Below are positions 49,869 through 64,000 of a stretch of DNA of 64,000 bases, one piece after another. The notes beneath the pieces are model-generated. The model saw only the letters and a list, made by a program, of their open reading frames with translations, was not told where the DNA came from and did no database searches. The position numbers were made by a program, and so were the translations under genes. Numbering within the stretch: the stretch's first letter is position 1; each line of letters begins with the position of its first letter. Source of the stretch: Octopus sinensis (taxonomy: Eukaryota); assembly GCF_006345805.1 (NCBI RefSeq), contig NC_043007.1, positions 43,772,001-43,836,000 of the forward strand, written 5' to 3'.

Positions 49869-50169
49869 AACAACAGGCCACATTACTGATCAACAAGCGA
49901 GACTCTTTGCAGTCACTCATTGTGCTAGTAATAGAAACCAAATCTCCCTGAACTTACACCCTCTACTGACGAAATTGCTAGGACAATATAGAAGTTTAAA
50001 GAAAAAGAAAAAGACGAGGAGATCACAGCTAGAACGCCTCTGATTGATCAAAACTGAATCAAAACAACGACGACGCCGTCTATTGCCTAGCCATCCGCCA
50101 CCACCATTACAATCATGTACACAGTCTCCGACCTATTGGTTCTGATTGGCAAGTATTATAAAACCCGGT

Positions 50170-51110
50170 TCTTTTCCTTTTGATGGGCGGAATTTTCTAG
50201 TTAACTAAACAATTTGAATGGTAGAATGTGTCAAAAGAAAACATTATTGTAAACAAAATTGAAAGCAAAATTGTAATTTGTAAGTTTAACGTAGTTTAAT
50301 TCTTCGAATTTTAACCAATGAAATACCAGCATTTGAGCTCAAATCATTTGCTGCGTTATCGATATTGATAAAGAAACATAGCAGACGCACACCGCATACA
50401 CACACAACACACACACATATATATTCAGATACATACACACGTACACTTGCACACACACACACACACACGCACACACTCTCTCTCTGTCACACTCTCTCTC
50501 TCTCTCAAACACATGCATATACATTTGCACAAGCACATAGTAATTACTATATATAAGCGTACACACACATACAAACGGAGATATACATACACGTTCGTGA
50601 GTTCGCAATGGTGTCAATAGAATCGACTTAATACTTTTGTATCTCATGCTTTGTCCCCTCTGTGTTTTGCCCCTTGCCGCAACAAATTTACACAAAAGGT
50701 AAATAAACCAGAAATGGGGGGGGGGATCAATGTTTCATCGTTTCGGGGTCGATAAATTAAGTACCAATTACGCACTGGTGTCTAGGATTTTTTTCCCAAT
50801 TTATATCACAGCCTCGGACAAGCTGGGGCATCCTTTTATGAAAAAATATTTCGCAAATTTTTACAATACGACCCACACTCCACGCGCACCCTATACACCG
50901 ATTTAGGCATATTATTGTTTTGCTTTTGTTGTTTCTGGCCCTTCAAAACCATGGGAGAAGCCTTTTCGGTAAAAAAAAAAGAAAGAAAATATATTTTAAA
51001 AAATATCGTTAATATTTTTATTGGGCGACGAAATTCATCGATTTAAGAGATATAGCTGTTATTTCTAGCACATGCAGAAGACAGAAGACAGAAGACAGAA
51101 GGATGAATAA

Positions 51111-51186
<76 letters not shown>

Positions 51187-51411
51187 TGTTTACGTTCAAC
51201 AGGATATTGTCTGAGTTTTTAGACGCAGCAAATGATTTGAGCTCAAATGCTGGTATTTCATTGGTTAAAATTCGAAGAATTAAACTACGTTAAACTTACA
51301 AATTACAATTTTGTTTTCAGTTTTGTTTACAATAATGTTTTCTTTTGACCAGTATACGAAGTTTCAAATTGTTTAGTTAACTAGAAAATTCCGTCCATCA
51401 AAAGGAAAAGA
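50170..51411. repeat. Inverted repeat pair of about 187 bp (50170-50356 and 51223-51411)
   Basis: 3 point mismatches plus one swapped 11/13-nt block; the inner part is an uninterrupted match. (CA)n and (TG)n tracts lie just inside the two arms. Confidence 0.88.
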
Positions 51412-52194
51412 TCCTAAAACCCATCACAACTTATTAAATCATAAAGTTAAACAGCCATACAGCGATTATCAGAACTCTCCACTTCGGATGGCTGGTCTTT
51501 GTTGCTTGTCTTTAATGTCACGCGGTCTCAGTTTTTAGTCTTTGTTGCAATTTGTTATTTCCCTTGCGATCAGGGTGTCTGTTAGTAGTCGGTTCATCTA
51601 TCCTTCGTCCTCTCCAGATTCATTTGTCTGTCAGTTTGTCTGTCTGTCAGTTTGTCTGCCTGTCTGTCTTTTGTCTGTCTGTCTGGCTGGCTATCTGGCT
51701 GTCTGGCTGCTGGCTGTCTGTCTCGCTGTCTGCTTGGCTATTTCTAACATATAATCAACAGTTTATGGTCCGATCTTGTGATATGTTGGAACGTTTGTGA
51801 AAAGGAAAAAAAAATCCAAGTACACTTATTCAAAGTTCACCTGCAGGACCCAATGGCCCACAAACGTTTCTTTGAATTTCCTTTCCAATTTTGTCTCAGA
51901 TGACAGTACCAGTGGTGGGTGGTTTTGTTGGTTGTGGTTCTCGTAAAGATGTTGGTAACGGTAACGAACGATGAACAACATTAGAGAGAGGAGGAGAAGG
52001 AATAGGAGTTAGACAGGGGGAGAAAGAATAGGAGAGAGAGTGGGGATAAGGGCCACGGAGAGAGGTAAATACATTTGTAAGAAACAGTAGCTATTGTTTT
52101 CCTTCCGTTAACCCCTATTTTGGAAATTTTTTTGTATACAAGCGTTGCTTTATCGTTGATTACCAGATTGAAGACTTACAACGACTGTATTCTA

Positions 52195-52236
<42 letters not shown>

Positions 52237-52986
52237 TAGAGAGAGAGAGAGAGAGAAGAGAGAGAGAGATACATACACACACATATATATATACATACAT
52301 ACACATACATTTGTACACAGAACACACACACATACGTATTTCGGAAATTTAAGGCGCCTTGTCTTGAAACACATCCACATTTTGTTGGCTGCTAACTGTG
52401 AAAGATGATTGGTTATGAATTCACGACACCAGATTTAATCATCTTAGAAAACGAGTGGGTTGTCTATTTATGTCACGGCTTTCTGTCTCCATACCCCTAA
52501 GCATCTACGAGGCTTAGGGGTATGATGATATCTTCACTTGTCTTCTTATAATAAACAATCTAATCTACTTATTCCAGTCATCGTACAGCGAACACGGTTG
52601 AAGAGTTAAGAAGCTCATTTCACAATCTCGAGGCCATGAGTTCAACCGTGTTTGGAATCAATACATACATACATACATACATACATACATACATACATAC
52701 ATACATACATACTACATACATACATACATGCATATATATATATATATATATTTGTGGATCATACATACATAACATACAACATACATAATACATACATACA
52801 ATCATGCAATATATATATAATATGATATATATATATATATATATAGATATATATATATATCTAATATATATATGGTATGTATGTAGTATAATATTTACAC
52901 ACACACACACACATCACACACACACACACATATATATACATGCATTAAATATATAGTAGTTATGATATATATATAAACTAAAATTA

Positions 52987-53029
<43 letters not shown>

Positions 53030-53682
53030 GAACTAAAGTGAAAATCAAATTTGTGTGTTTAATTGGCTGTGTGTTTTTAATTGGCTGTGTGTGTGTGTGT
53101 GTGTCGCATTGGGTCTTTGGTAAAGAGAGGAGAAAACCACATTTCATGAGTTTTTACCCCAGAATGAAGACTTGATCAGCAAAAGAGTGGAATTCTCTAA
53201 AAGCAGCCGAGGAAGGAAGCAAGGAAGCAAGTATCTTTCACTATAGGCTTGAGTCGACCCAATTCTTGTCACTGAAACTTGCTAGAGAGAAAGTGTTTGA
53301 AAATCTACGAGATCAGTAGATTTTCTGACAGGTACAATGCGATCATTCCTGTTCTTAGTTGATGAACGTAATCCATCACCTGTTGAATACCATCACATCA
53401 CTCTTTGCTGAATAAGGTTACAAACATATGGTCCAGATTCTGGTCTGGACAAAACTTCTTTCCTTCCATTCAGCAACAAGTTCCCGGTAAAGGAGTACGA
53501 CCACTGTTTCTTTTTTTTATTATTTTCTTGGAGTGGTGGATGTCTGTCGATCGATGATGAGGATCAGCTCAATTATCTGCTCCTGTATTAACATTCGAGG
53601 AAGAAAGGAAGGAAAGAAGAAAGAAAGAAAGAGAGAAAGAAAGAAAGAAAGAAAGAAAGGAAAAGAAGAGAAATTGGAAAGA

Positions 53683-54098
<416 letters not shown>

Positions 54099-54206
54099 AC
54101 ACACACACACACACACATACATACATATATATATTTTTATTTATATATATATAGAGAGAGAGGGGGAGGGGGAGAGAGGGAGAGAGAGATAAGGAAAGAA
54201 AGGAAA

Positions 54207-54242
<36 letters not shown>

Positions 54243-55419
54243 AATGAAGAAAGAAGGGAAAGAGTAAGGGAGAGAAAGGGAAATAAAGGGTCGCTGTCTT
54301 TATAAGAGAAATGTTATAAGGCGGTATCTTTCACCTCGACTGCTTCTCAACAGTTAGATACTGTAATAGGACAAGATTGTAAGATGGCAACAAACAACAA
54401 TAACCTGCACGTCCACTATTTGGAAGTTTGTCAAGTTAAAATAGTAGCCTTTTATCAAGAACAGAAGATTGTATCCTGTTTACTTAATGATGATGCTATC
54501 TGTGTGTTTGGATCTATTACACGATGTGTTTATTGAGGTTAAAAATTTCATTACAATTTAATGTAGCTTGCGAGACACAGTGACAAACATTGGATATAAT
54601 GAATCACTTGCCGTCGTCGCCAGAGTTTGTAAACAAATAATGCAGTGGCAAGCCAGGAACTGTTCAAGAATCTAAGAAATTTGTTGAACAGATACGCGCG
54701 CGGACACAAATACGTACACACACACACACACACACATACTTCTTTCAGCTATTATCTCTGTTTCTCTCTCTAACTTAACGTATTCATCTATCACTGTTTC
54801 AGTCACCCCTCTCTCTTTTCTCCCTTCCCTTGCCATCTTTTCCCTCCCATCTCTCTCTTCTCCCTCTCACTCCCTCTCCCTTTATTCTCCCTCACACTCC
54901 CTCTCTCTCTTCTCCCTCACTCCCTCCCTCTCCCTCTTCTCCCTCTCCCTCTTCTCCCTCTCTCTCTCTTCTCCCTCTCCCTCTCTTTCCCCTCCCCCTC
55001 TCTTTCTTCATCAAATTTTCTTTACGGACATGATGACCCTGCTCGACAGAAATCCTGGGCTCAGCTGGCACCAGCTGGCATTACCTAGCAGCAGCTAACT
55101 CTTGTTGACCTCAGCTGACTGTATTTTATACAAATCCCTAGCAAAATTCCACGAAATACTGAGGTGACCTCTGACAAGGAATAGCAATGTCATACCGACA
55201 GATGATGAGCACTTTAGACTTGGTTGGCAATCACCTAACGATGGTGTTTCAATGACATTTCTGGTTGATGGAGTAACTTATATTAAATAGACATCACGTA
55301 GTGACATGACATGCACATTTGCACCAATGATTTTAGAAAAAGTGAGTTCAATAATTAATTTGAGCTAGGTTTAGGATTTTCTGTTCTACGGAACTATGTC
55401 TAATACTAGACCTATGGAA

Positions 55420-55630
55420 GGCGACGAACTGGCAGAATCATTAGCACGACGAGCAAAATGCCTAGTGGGATTTCGTCCGTCCTTACGTCTTGAGTTCAAA
55501 TTCCGCTGAGGTCGACTTTACCTTTCATCCTTTCAGGGGCGATAAAATAAGTGCCAGTAGAGCGCTGGGCTCGATGTAATCAACTTAACCCCTTTCCCGA
55601 AATTGCTGGCCTTGTTCCAAAATTTTTGAA
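55420..55630 (+). mobile_element. SINE family A
   Basis: Head AAGGCGACGAACTGGCAGAATC, B-box GAGTTCAAATTCC. Confidence 0.88.
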
Positions 55631-56096
55631 ATCAGTCATGGACCTATGACGTTTGATGCCGGGTCAGGTCCTACTCTGGAAATTGTTCACTTCAGTGGAA
55701 CAAATAAAGTCATAGTTAAAGTCTGTGTCGAGCCATGATCATCCTGTTATTTTCTTTTTTGGCATTTTGTTTTCGTCAGGGACTACAATGTCCAAGTGTC
55801 CTTGTTTATTTAAAACCATAGAACGTAATATAAGGTGTAAGTGCCATTTCTAGCAATTTAAATAAGCACATATAGGCTTTCTCTTTTTGTAAATATCACT
55901 GGCTACATTGTTCAATAACCTTGTGTTTAAAACTGTTGAGATGTAATTTAAAGATGATGAATTTGCAGTCATTTGATTGTTGAAAAGAATGCTTCACAGT
56001 ATTTTATCCAACTTTCTGCGATATGAGTTCAACTCCCAACCTAGATTAATTTTGATTTTCATCCTTTTCAGATTGATAAAAAAAACAGTATCAATT

Positions 56097-58745
56097 CGGT
56101 ACGATATAATTGTTGTTAGTGAGACCAGGATTTACAATACACGCGCACTGGCCCCCATGTTCCACGACTACCAGATCTTTGCATCTGTGAGTCGGCTGGG
56201 AATGGGAGGTGGAGTGGCAGTGCTGTTTAGGAAAGAACTTGATCTCGAGGTAAAGTCGATCTTCCGGAACCCGGACCGGAAGCTGGTGGTCCTGGACGTG
56301 AACAATAGTGAAGGTAGTGTCTTTAGACTGGTGGCCGTCTACGCACCTACCAGAGCCAAACGGCCGAATTTCTTTAGGCGTCTGGAAGCCTTTCTAGGTA
56401 CGTCTCGGCCCCTTCTGTTAGTAGGAAATTGGATCGGAATCTTAGATCAACGCTGGGGTTGTGTGGGAGTAGCTGATAAAAGAAGTTAGTGCAAAAACCT
56501 CAAGCATCTGATCAGCCAGTTCCAACTGTCTGACAGGTACCATCGAGATTTCTCTAATGGACCAACTGCTTAAGGTCATCTAGATCGTATATAGATTGGA
56601 TTTTCATTTGGAAAATAGATAGTAATAGTGTAGGAAGTCCACTTTTTAAACTGGTCGCCTATTCGGACCATAAGTTTGTAATCTGTGCGGTCGACCTAGA
56701 TAAGACACGTAGGTTAGGAACTGGGTTTCCGACAAGTAAGGCTTACAGGGACCAGGTCAACAATTTAGTTAAGCAGAAGTTGACAGGAAGGGGGTTGTCA
56801 ACAACAGGTGGTGGGCGGCTCTCAAAAGAGAGATTAGTGTAATGTCAATAGGGTTTAGCAAAGTAATAGCGTTAGGAAAAATATAAAAGAGGAGTTAGTA
56901 GCTAAACTAGACGAGGCTATTTGTAGTGGCATTGCAACCAACGTGCTAGCAGTGAGAATGGCATTAGACCAGTTCTTCAATGCGAAACATGAAGGTTGCA
57001 TTGTCAGAGCTAAGGCGTGAGCTCTAAGAAACGAGGGGATCAAAGCTGTTCGATGGGCCCGCGTGGCGGAGGTGCAGCGTAGTAACAAAACCACAATTCG
57101 GTCATTGTCGGGAGACGGACACGAGCTGAACCATTCCAGGCAAATGTGTGAGGCCTTTCGCCAGCACTTTGCCTGGTTGTTTGAAGAATGGGTGAGGCGG
57201 AGATGGCGGCGGACTTCAGTCTCTACCTCGACGGCTTGCCGCGTGTTTCGGCGACCGATGCTGAGCGCCGTGAAAGGCAGGTAATTTTAGTAGAAATTCA
57301 AGATGCCCTTGTCGGCTGCACGAGGCACAAATCACCCGGTTTACGTAAATATGCTAGACTTGTTCTCCGATCTCCTGGAAGCACTCGATTGCAACTGGCA
57401 GCAGAATGGGAGTATTCCCAGTTCTGTGAGCCGGGGCTCAGGTACAACTAATAAGGAAAGACGAAAACAAGAGAGACACATTAGCTAACTTCAGGCCTAT
57501 AACTCTGCTTGACACAGAGTTTAAGATTTTAGCCAAGGTATTAGCAAAGAAATTGACGATTGTCGTCGAGATTTTGTTTGGGAAGGCGCAAACCTGCGCG
57601 ACCTCGACTAGTTCCATACACAACAATCTCCACCTCATGCGATACATCATAGAAAGAGTAGGGTGTAAACCTAGATCAATCGAAAGCATTCCATATAGCC
57701 TGTCCTCAAAGCGGCTGGCTTCGGCCCCGTTTTCAGAGGTTGGATCGCTGCAATGCACAGCGGCATCTACTAGATGGTCAAAGTTAAAGGCCACTTCTCG
57801 GAACCGTTTCAGATCTCCGGATCGGTCCGTCAAGTGTACCCTCTCTCCCCACTTTTGTACATATTTACTCTTGAGCCTTTGCTGCGGAAGCTGGAACTGC
57901 TGCAAGGCATCCCGCTCAAACTGGGACGCAGGAGAGCTGTGTCGGCGTATGCAGACATCAGCGTGATGGTGTCGGACACCTCAGAAATCGAGGTGGTCGG
58001 CACATCATTGGAGGAGTGTGAAAAATAAAGTCGGAGGGAGCAAAACTTAACCCGGAAAAGTCAGTGGGCTTGCAACTCGGCACCTGGAGAGGCAAGTCCA
58101 TGCCCTCAAACAGCGTCGTTGGGCGCTGGACGGATGGTACGGTAAAGATGCTTGGGGTTTGGTTCGGATAAAAACAGGGACGAGGTGGCGAGCAGGGTAG
58201 CCAGTCTCACCCAGAAACGGGCTGAGAGGAAACTATCACTGAAAGGTCGAGCGGAGGTGGCGAATGCGTACATCGCGTCCGTTATCTACTATCGCTTGGT
58301 CGTCGTGCCTTGCCCTCGATCGCGCATCGCCAAGTTGGGCGCCTCCTCTTCAAATTCTTGTGGAGGGGACAGGTTCCATTGGTGAGGCGGTCTATATGCT
58401 GCCAACACCCTCTATGCGGAGGGCTGAGTATACTGTAGCTAATAATGCGCAGACATGCGCGAGGCTGCGGCATCTCCAGACATTCTACCTAAACGGTGAA
58501 CAGGTGTGGTCGCCGTTTGTCAAACAGGCCTATCCACAGCTTGTCTCTTTGATTGAGCTGCAGTCCTGGGTCAAGAAGAGACCGAGGCAAGGTGACTGGC
58601 AACTGGAATGTTGCCAGGCATCACTATCCTCTACTAAGCGGGCAATGCGATCAGTTGAATATCCACTCTTGAGTTTTATAGAGAGTTAGTGGTAGGAAAG
58701 AGCGATGACGCACTTGGAGAGACGCTAGGTGTTGAAGAAATCGAA
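56097..58745 (+). mobile_element. Tx1/L1-clade LINE ORF2 remnant (APE endonuclease plus RT)
   Basis: APE: IIVVSET..GGGVAVLF..RLVAVYAP..LLLVGNW, LDRI, YSDHK. RT: NFRPITLLDTEFKILAK, DQSKAF, AGFGPVFRGWI, SVRQVYPLSPLLY, SAYAD, RKLSLKGRAEVAN. Many frameshifts. Confidence 0.93.
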
Positions 58746-58812
58746 TTAACAATCAGTTAAAATCAGAAGCCTTGAGAGCCACTGCCTAGTACTGCATCAG
58801 GGCATTATTATT

Positions 58813-58871
<59 letters not shown>

Positions 58872-58959
58872 ATTATGTGTTTGTGCGCACTCGCGTGTGT
58901 GTAAGTTATGTCAAGTCATTCATAGTACTCCTGGCAACATGTAACCCAGCACAACCTAT

Positions 58960-59480
58960 CACATAGTCATGTTGGTGGCAACCCCATCAAGCTTCCTTGA
59001 CAAGGAAGGTGGTTTTCGCTCGATATTCTGCAGAGCGAAAAGCAAAACCTGTCAAAGAGCGAATGAACTCTGTTCCGTCCATAGCCATCCAACAGCTGAG
59101 AGTGAGAGACTCTTGACCTTCGTTTAGACATCTCTCTAGGGAAAAGGAAAACACCGATGTAACGCCTGCAACTTCGTTTGTATTCAATGACGTAAATTAG
59201 TTCTTCGTTTGAGCAAATGCATACGTCGTTTACATAGTGGGATTGTCTCTGTGCAAGGCCTTTCTTCACTTTAAAAGGCTTCAGGCACTGACAGCGCTTG
59301 GCTTTTTATACCTCTATCAAGTGTCGCATGTTTTGGCTGCCCATTGCCGAAAAAGGCAAAGCGCTCAATGAAACATCCCATAATGGAATGAAGCTGTATT
59401 GTTACCTTAGGTGGTTTGATCTCTGAACACCAACAGCATTCATTGTCACATCTGTGCAAAAGAATATAGTTCTTTAACAA
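58960..59480 (-). mobile_element. Possible highly degenerate LINE RT fragment
   Basis: FKVKKGLAQ (cf. F.V..G.RQG), YVNDVCI (cf. YADD) and YIGVF (cf. YLGV) in the correct order but compressed. Confidence 0.3.
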
Positions 59481-60327
59481 GACTGAAAAGCATCGAAATC
59501 GAGTTGCAGCAACCATGTATGTAACTATGTATGTGTGTGTGTGTATCTGTGTATGTGTATGTGTGCAAGTGTGTATCTGTGTGTGTGTGAAAAGATAATT
59601 ACAATAAAACTACAAAAGTAGTTCTAAAAATATATAAAAACAAAATCATAAACTGAAAAATAAAACTTTATATGTCATTTAAAAACTGAAGGGACTTCTA
59701 AACGACCCCGTATAACGATCTACGCTGCATTCTTGATCATGACCTAGCACATAAAGGTTTGCTAGTCTCGAGGAAATCAGTAAAAAACAAAATAGGGTTA
59801 GGAGATGTTAAGTTTATTTTTAATAAGTTTACAAACATAAATAGATGAAAAATTGATTGATTTCACAAAAGAATACATCTCCTCGTTTATTCAGTTAAAA
59901 ACAACCATCGTCTTAAATGACCCAATGATAAATGAATAATAGAGCATTTGAAGAAAAAAGGTTTTGCTCTGAGCATTATAGATGGTCACTTGGACGCGCT
60001 TTTGTGATCAAAGCAGAATCTTTGACCGATCGCCAACCCGTGTTAGCTCAAATCAATTTGTAATAAGCATAACACGATTCACAACTAACGTACCATGTTA
60101 TTCCCGATCAGTGATTTTTTTACTCCTGAATCCCTTGGATTAATATTTTACTCAGGTGGACGCCTATAGCCATTCGATGTTTAAAAATCAGTTTTATAGA
60201 TATTTCTTTCAAAATTCCTATTTTATTTTTCACACATTAACTTGTAAAAGTTGACCTGTGTAAAGCGTTAAAGAAAGAAACCTAGCTGTTTGTTGCAATA
60301 AATACGTCTAAAGTAAAATTTGTTCAT

Positions 60328-60727
60328 GAAGGAGTGGCTGTGTGGTAAGTAGCTTGTTTACCAACCACATGGTTCCGGGTTCAGTCCCACTGCGTGGCAC
60401 CTTGGGCAGGTGTCTTCTACTATAGCCTCGGGCCGACCAAAGCCTTGTGAGTAGATTTGGTAGACGGAAACTTAAAGAAGCCCGTCGTATATATGTATAT
60501 ATATGTATGTGCGTGTATGTTTGTGTCTATGTTTGTCCTCTTAGCATTGCTTGACAACCGATGCTGGTGTGTTTATGTCCCCGTCACTTAGCGGTTCGGC
60601 AAAAGAGACCGATAGAATAAGTACTAGGCTTACAAAGAATAAGTCCTGGGGTCGAGTTGCTCGATTAAAGGCGGTGCACCAGCATGGCCGCAGTCAAAAT
60701 GACTGAAACAATAAAAAAAAAAAAAGA
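60328..60727 (+). mobile_element. SINE family B, full length
   Basis: Head GGAGTGGCTGTGTGGTAAG, B-box GGTTCAGTCCC, tail GACTGAAACA plus A-rich end. Confidence 0.93.
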
Positions 60728-61649
60728 GAAAACCCTTCATGTACTACTGTGCATCTTCAATTTGTTATTTTACTTGCTTTGACCCACCCCATATCAAATT
60801 CTTATATGGACCTCCAGTTGTGAACCACTGGACCAAACACTTCAAAGTGGTGTTGCAGCATGGCAGTAGTCCAATGACTGAAACAAGTTGATCAAAGATA
60901 GGCAGGGATAGATTGATTACTAGATAGGCAGGTGCACTAATATGATTAGATACGTATCTTTCTGTTAGTTTGTATTTCCGTATGACTATGTGACAGCTGC
61001 TCTATCCATTATAAAGTCAACTCGCACATTCACACAGTCACACACATACACACACGCACCTACAAGCACGCACACAGATACATGGCTTCACACACACACA
61101 CACACATTAACGAGTACATTCAGAAACCAACGTTTCGCAAATATAGAGAAGCCAGTATTACAGAACGGTTTCGGCAAAAATAAGAATCCTTATAGAGCAA
61201 TGGTTTTTGCTTCCACTGTCATGGTAAAATTTGATGATGTCTGAAAGTAGTAGAAAGCCGAATTAAAGTAAGATATCGTGTAATATCATTCGCAAATATC
61301 TTCATGATATGTCAACAGACATAGACCGAAATTGCGTGTGCCTCTGTAAACAGAAAATCCAGTGGTTGCACACCGTGTATACGAGGCAAATATATTGAAA
61401 GAAATGCCAATTACTGGCATTTATTCCATACATTGAATACAAGAATAGAGTACACCAGAATTTGTATATTCTCATAAAGAACTTTGAAGAAACAAAAGAA
61501 TGTCAAGATATGTGTGTGTGTATGTGTGTGAGTGTGTTTGTGCGCGTGTGTGTGTGTGCGTGTGCGTGCGTAGACAGGTGGACGGACAGATAATATATAT
61601 TCCACTTTTGGATTATTGGAAACCTGATCCTCCAAAGTAATTATTATTC

Positions 61650-62670
<1,021 letters not shown>

Positions 62671-63123
62671 TAACGGCGAATTAGCTCCTGGGATAGAAAT
62701 CTTTGCTGTAGGTGTCCCGGCACTCTGCTCTGTGAGGTCAGTTTTGACAATGCTATTAATATACAGTCCAGCACAACCACTCTCTTCATCCTGACAGGGT
62801 AAAAAAACATAATCAACCTCGACTGGATTTGAAATCAGAGCGCCGAAAGCCGTGGCAAATACTGAGATAAGACGAAAGTTGTCGAAATGGTTTTGTTAGG
62901 TAATCACAAAGACATCTAATATAAATATTTTAAAAAAAACATTTCCTCGAGTCTTTCTCCTCCTCTAACAACGCGGTAGCCTTACATTGTAACTACAAAG
63001 ATCCAAAGTATACGATTGATGACGGTAGTGACGGCGGTGAATGTTAGTGATGGTGTTGGTGGTGATGGTGATGATGGTGATGATGGTTATGGTCTAGCGA
63101 ACACTAGCGACCAAGCGTCTGAA

Positions 63124-63510
63124 GGGCGAGTGGCTGTGTGGTAAGAAGATTGCCTCCCAACCATATGGTTCCGGGTTTAGTCCCACTACGTGGCACGTTG
63201 GGCTGGTGCCTTCTTCTAAAGAGCCTTGTAAGTGGAGATTTGGTAGGCGGAAATTGAAAGAAGCCCGTCGTATGTATATATATATTTATACATGTGTCTT
63301 TGTGGCTGTGTTTGTGCCCACCACCATCGCTTGACAACCGATGTTGGTGTGTTTACGTCCCCGTAACTTAGCGGTTCGACAAAAGAAACCGATAGAATAA
63401 GTACCAGGCTTACAAAGAATAAGTCCTAGGATTGATTTCTTTGACCAAAAGGTGACGCTCCAGCATGGCTACAGTCAATTGACTGAAACAAGTAAAAGGA
63501 TAAAAGAATA
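63124..63510 (+). mobile_element. SINE family B, full length
   Basis: Head, core and tail all present. Confidence 0.9.
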
Positions 63511-63522
63511 TGCATACGTCTA

Positions 63523-63619
<97 letters not shown>

Positions 63620-63771
63620 GTCTATCTCTCTCTCTATCTATGGTTCTGTGGCAAGACGTTTGCGTCCCAATAACATGGCTTCAGTGTCTTCTTCTGTAAC
63701 CCTGGGTTAACCAAAAGCCTTGTGAACGAATTTGGTAGTCAGAAACTGAGGAATTCCGTAGTAGATATATA

Positions 63772-64000
63772 CTCTTTTACTTGTTTCAGTAATTTGACTG
63801 CAGCCATGCTGGAGCACCGCCTTTAGTCGAGCAAACCGAACCCAGGACTTATTCTTTGTAAGCCTAGTACTTATTCTATCGGTCTCTTTTGCCGAACCAC
63901 TAAGTTACGGGGACCTAAACGCACCAGCATCAGTTGTCGAGCGACGTTGGGGGGACAAACACAGACACACAAATATATACACACACATAAACATATATAT
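63772..64000 (-). mobile_element. SINE family B (3' part; runs off the window)
   Basis: Reverse complement of the family B tail. Confidence 0.92.

Noticed and set aside
49446-50043. Poly-His/poly-Gln ORFs
   Set aside because: Product of (CA)n, (CAT)n and (CAA)n arrays.
55022-55125. Box C/D snoRNA-like layout (ATGATGA ... CTGA with a possible 5-bp terminal stem)
   Set aside because: K-turn spacing is non-canonical, there are no clear C'/D' boxes, and I recognise no rRNA/snRNA target; snoscan would be needed to revive it.
55977-56489. 170-aa ORF as a host endonuclease gene
   Set aside because: The N-terminus is SINE A sequence read through in frame; the rest is the APE domain of the decayed Tx1 LINE.

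Overview
Eukaryotic, AT-rich, microsatellite-dense DNA. The SINE families and repeat landscape match my recollection of octopus (coleoid cephalopod) genomes; this is inference, not a database match. I can support no host protein-coding gene, tRNA, rRNA or CRISPR array, and most ORF-track entries are microsatellite artefacts. The window is a transposon graveyard with about ten lineages: CR1, RTE, Tx1/L1, a jockey/CR1-group LINE, a CRE-like REL LINE, two Penelope-like fragments, a Gypsy LTR element with both LTRs, a Tc1 element, five mariner copies, mariner- and piggyBac-type MITEs, Helitron-like non-autonomous elements and more than 25 tRNA-derived SINE copies (three families, labelled A, B and C here). 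All coding remnants are decayed. I found no convincing new biological system. The best leads are: (1) several minimal hammerhead-ribozyme-like motifs of the Penelope type (40512-40562, 4783-4822, 44470-44515); (2) two locally templated insertions that each hit a functional site of a DNA transposon (the Tc1 catalytic Asp region and a mariner TIR); (3) long near-perfect inverted repeats that would be dsRNA/ADAR substrates if transcribed; (4) a SINE-in-Gypsy-in-mariner nest; (5) a SINE dimer inserted as one unit inside a single 16-bp target-site duplication. Coordinates and identities were read by eye and element ends may be off by several bases.
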